Below, piece after piece: positions 63,829 through 64,000 of a stretch of 64,000 nucleotides of DNA. The stretch spans positions 1,120,001-1,184,000 of the forward strand of contig CAWBAT010000005.1 of the NCBI GenBank assembly GCA_963786955.1, given 5' to 3'. This DNA is from an uncultured Acidimicrobiia bacterium. GTDB taxonomy: Bacteria > Acidobacteriota > Terriglobia > Versatilivoradales > Versatilivoraceae. The notes under the pieces are model-generated. The model searched no databases and was not told the DNA's origin. It saw nothing but the letters and a program-made list of their open reading frames with translations. Numbering within the stretch: the stretch's first letter is position 1; every line of letters begins with the position of its first letter. Position numbers and translations under genes: made by a program.

Positions 63829-64000
63829 GTACCTTAACGGCTCCTGTCACCCCGGTGGAAACTCGAGAACATTATCTCAATTCCAGTTACGGTATTAAGT
63901 CGTGGCTGCTTACTACCGATCACAAGAGGATTGCGCTCTTATATTTGATGTCCATCACCTTTTTCTTCTTCCTGGGTGGCCTGTTTGCCGTTTTGATTCG
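63825..64000 (+). CDS. coxA: Cytochrome c oxidase subunit I, 5' part
   Basis: Translated by eye: MSTLTAP..SWLLTTDHKRIALLY; ATGA overlap with coxB. Confidence 0.9.
   Translation, partial: MSTLTAPVTPVETREHYLNSSYGIKSWLLTTDHKRIALLYLMSITFFFFLGGLFAVLI

Overview
Chromosomal replication-origin region of a bacterium; gene content and order suggest Acidobacteriota (inference). It opens with the core origin block mnmG(partial)-mnmE-jag-yidC-yidD-rnpA-rpmH <> dnaA-[oriC]-dnaN-recF-gyrB-gyrA, where gyrA is split by one extra G (probably an assembly error). Housekeeping and metabolic genes follow: a xanthine-oxidase-family Mo hydroxylase, rsmI, a two-gene NAD synthetase, lptD, hemB, hemL, hemH, MoxR-DUF58-transglutaminase and tRNA-Val(CAC). 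The window ends in an alternative complex III (actA-F) plus caa3 oxidase operon. The most interesting signals are outside the ORF track. (1) A 160-bp MITE-like element occurs twice (14647-16790 and 36013-36172), with ~26-bp imperfect terminal inverted repeats, CTWAG flanking duplications and a head-to-head pair of GTAG REP-like hairpins; one copy carries a 1980-bp IS1634-family element inserted into a hairpin. (2) An integrase-less integron cassette array (~50.0-52.2 kb) has an attI1-like site, two degenerate attC sites and a truncated third, and carries a toxin-antitoxin pair, a HExxH protein and a GIY-YIG nuclease (candidate defence genes). (3) A ~178-nt 6S-RNA-like hairpin with its own sigma70 promoter lies upstream of lptD. 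All calls come from reading motifs by eye; no database searches were run.
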